Assembly: GCA_904063045.1 (NCBI GenBank)
Contig: CAJFCJ010000019.1
Span: forward strand, 1,937,700 to 2,001,699
Length of the DNA stretch: 64,000 nucleotides
Source of the DNA: Dimorphilus gyrociliatus
Taxonomy: Eukaryota; Animalia; Annelida
Reading direction: 5' to 3'
The notes under the pieces are model-generated. The model was given only the letters and a program-made list of their open reading frames with translations, ran no database searches and was not told the origin of the DNA. A program made the translations under genes and the position numbers. This document shows positions 62,025 to 64,000 of the stretch, in pieces; position 1 is the first letter of the stretch; each line of letters opens with the position of its first letter.

Positions 62025-63707
62025 ATGTCGAAAACTTTGAAAGATATTCCCTCTCCTAAATCTTGGCCTTTGGTTGGTTGTTTACCGCACTATTATCAAC
62101 AAGGTTTTGACAAACGCCATCTAATTTTAAACGAATTCGCAAGGGAGTACGGCAGTATCTTCGTTGAAAATTTAGCCTTTTTAAAGAACGCTATTGTTAA
62201 TGATATCCAAGAATATTCGAAAATCGTTAAGGCGGATGGGCAACAAGTCGACCGTATTCCCTTAGATCCCCTACTCCACTACAGGAGGAGTAAGGGTTTA
62301 AGCGATGGAATTGTAAACGGGTAATATCTATAGAAAGTGTTTATATATTTATATACAGTATATCTACACACAAATATATAAATATGTATATAAACATAAT
62401 TTCTATCAATATCTATAAATAAACCATTACCTCTGCAAAAAAAACTAATAAATTTGTTTATAGAATCGGACCGAAGTGGTACGAATCCAGACAATTGGTC
62501 AATAAGAAAATGTTAAGTAAAAGTTTCGCAGACGCCTTTATTGAACAATTGCACGATGTTGCTATCGACTTTTGTCAAAAGTTGGAAAATGACAAACAGG
62601 ATACGGATTTGATATTCGATTTGGAGTTCTTTATCGATAAATGGGCCGTTGATAGCTCTTTTATATTTCTTTTTGGTAAACGCCTAGACTGTCTAAAAGG
62701 AGACGACATCGAATTCGTCCGTAATTTACAATCGGTTTTCGACATACTACACCAACTTCTCTTTTCAATACCTCTCTACAAAATATGGCCAACCTCTACA
62801 TGGAGAGAGTTCGAACGTAGATGCGACAAATTGTTCCAGTCTGCTTTAGAGTTATGTCAACAAGTAAATATTATCTTTGCAGTACATATTCGCGGTAGAG
62901 TGTATACAGAAAATATAATAAGGAGAAAAAACAACGAAAAAAAAGAAAGAATAAGCTAAAAAACAAATTTACAACGCTTTTTTATCCCTTTTTTATTTCT
63001 AATGTTTTACTATACTATACACATAGAATCAAGTTGAAAGTGAAACGTCAACCTCACCCAGCTTGATGAACTACCTATTGCTTGATAAAAACCTATCGAA
63101 ACAAGTTGCAGTTGAACTTACGGTTGAAATGTTAATGGGAGCCGTTGAAGCAGTAAGCGTCTATTTTGAATTGTTCCTATATATAATTTACAAATGCTTC
63201 CCTTTAACAAACATCCGCTGTATTACTATGGTCTCTCTACTGTCTGGCTACGAACGAGAATTGCCAAGAGAAACTCTATCAGGAGATCAAAAACGCAGAC
63301 TATAGAAACATTAACAACATAACATATTTAAAAGCTATTGTTAAAGAAACTCTTCGTTTGTACCCTGTAACTTACTCAACCAGTAGGATCTTGAACAAGG
63401 ACACAGAATGTGGAGGTTATGAATTGCCCCGAGGCACACATGTCCAAGCCAATTTGTACACTATGGGAAGAAATGAAGATAGATTTCGCAACGCGAAAGA
63501 ATTTATACCAGAAAGGTGGCTAGGGGACGAAGGGAAAAATAATTTGGTATTCTGCAATTGGATTTTTGGACATGGTCCAAGACTATGCTTGGGAAAGCGT
63601 TTAGCAGAGGAAGAAGTGTACTTAGCAATTTTTGAGGTAAATCTAAGTAGAGTGATATGACTTTTTTGGAGCTTTGAAATCCGCCTAATAGTCACGTGAC
63701 ACAGAAT

Positions 63708-63748
<41 letters not shown>

Positions 63749-64000
63749 ACAGTATATGTATATACTTGATCATATTGCCTATATCTGTAAATGTATATAC
63801 ATATAAAACTCTACTACGGGCTGTATATAAATATACACATATTTGTATGCAAATATATTATATTTCTTTAACTGTATGTCTATATTATATAAACAACCCG
63901 TATACATATATACTCTATATCTGTTTTTGCTTATATACTGTACAGATTGTAAAACACTTTCGGATGGAATACTTCAACGAAACAGTACATCCTATTGTAA
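62025..64000 (+). CDS. Cytochrome P450, mitochondrial-clan-like, runs off the window end; exons 62025-62320, 62464-62863, 63027-63152, 63211-63636, 63946 onward
   Basis: IPSPKSWP..G, GAVE I-helix, KETLRLYP, PERW, FGHGPRLCLGKRLAE heme motif. Confidence 0.9.

Noticed and set aside
1-64000. tRNA, rRNA, snRNA genes and CRISPR arrays
   Set aside because: None recognisable by eye; a tRNAscan/Infernal search would be needed to exclude small ncRNAs.

Overview
AT-rich, gene-dense animal genomic DNA with many 55-120 nt spliceosomal introns; no prokaryotic features (no CRISPR, rRNA or tRNA recognised). Ependymin-related, beta-octopamine receptor and CTCF-like motif content plus compaction suggest a compact invertebrate, probably spiralian, genome (a miniature annelid such as Dimorphilus is a guess, not shown). 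I manually spliced about 24 coding units: kelch (partial), F-box, PHPT1, UBL4A, SAP30BP, FRMD4-like, ELL, LSM6, CYBC1/EROS, perilipin-like, FAM228, a secreted EEP hydrolase, three mARC/MOSC units, a receptor PTP, a ParB/Srx-like acidic protein, an SLC6 transporter, a beta-octopamine receptor, a divergent 7TM receptor, SYT15-like, a nested ependymin-related gene and a mitochondrial-clan P450 (partial), plus an internally deleted IR-DR Tc1-like transposon. Most striking: (1) the third mARC unit has no exon 1 and seems to borrow the signal-anchor exon of the upstream copy, with Asp-to-Asn changes at a conserved active-site position in two units; (2) an EPDR gene nested on the same strand in a SYT15 intron, with a 7TM ORF only 63 nt after the SYT15 stop; (3) a receptor PTP with WPD-to-WSE and CSAG-to-CSTG changes; (4) a P450 intron with no AG acceptor; (5) two interleaved perfect 14-bp inverted repeats in a FRMD4 intron. 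All coordinates and homologies were derived by eye and from memory of the families, without database searches.
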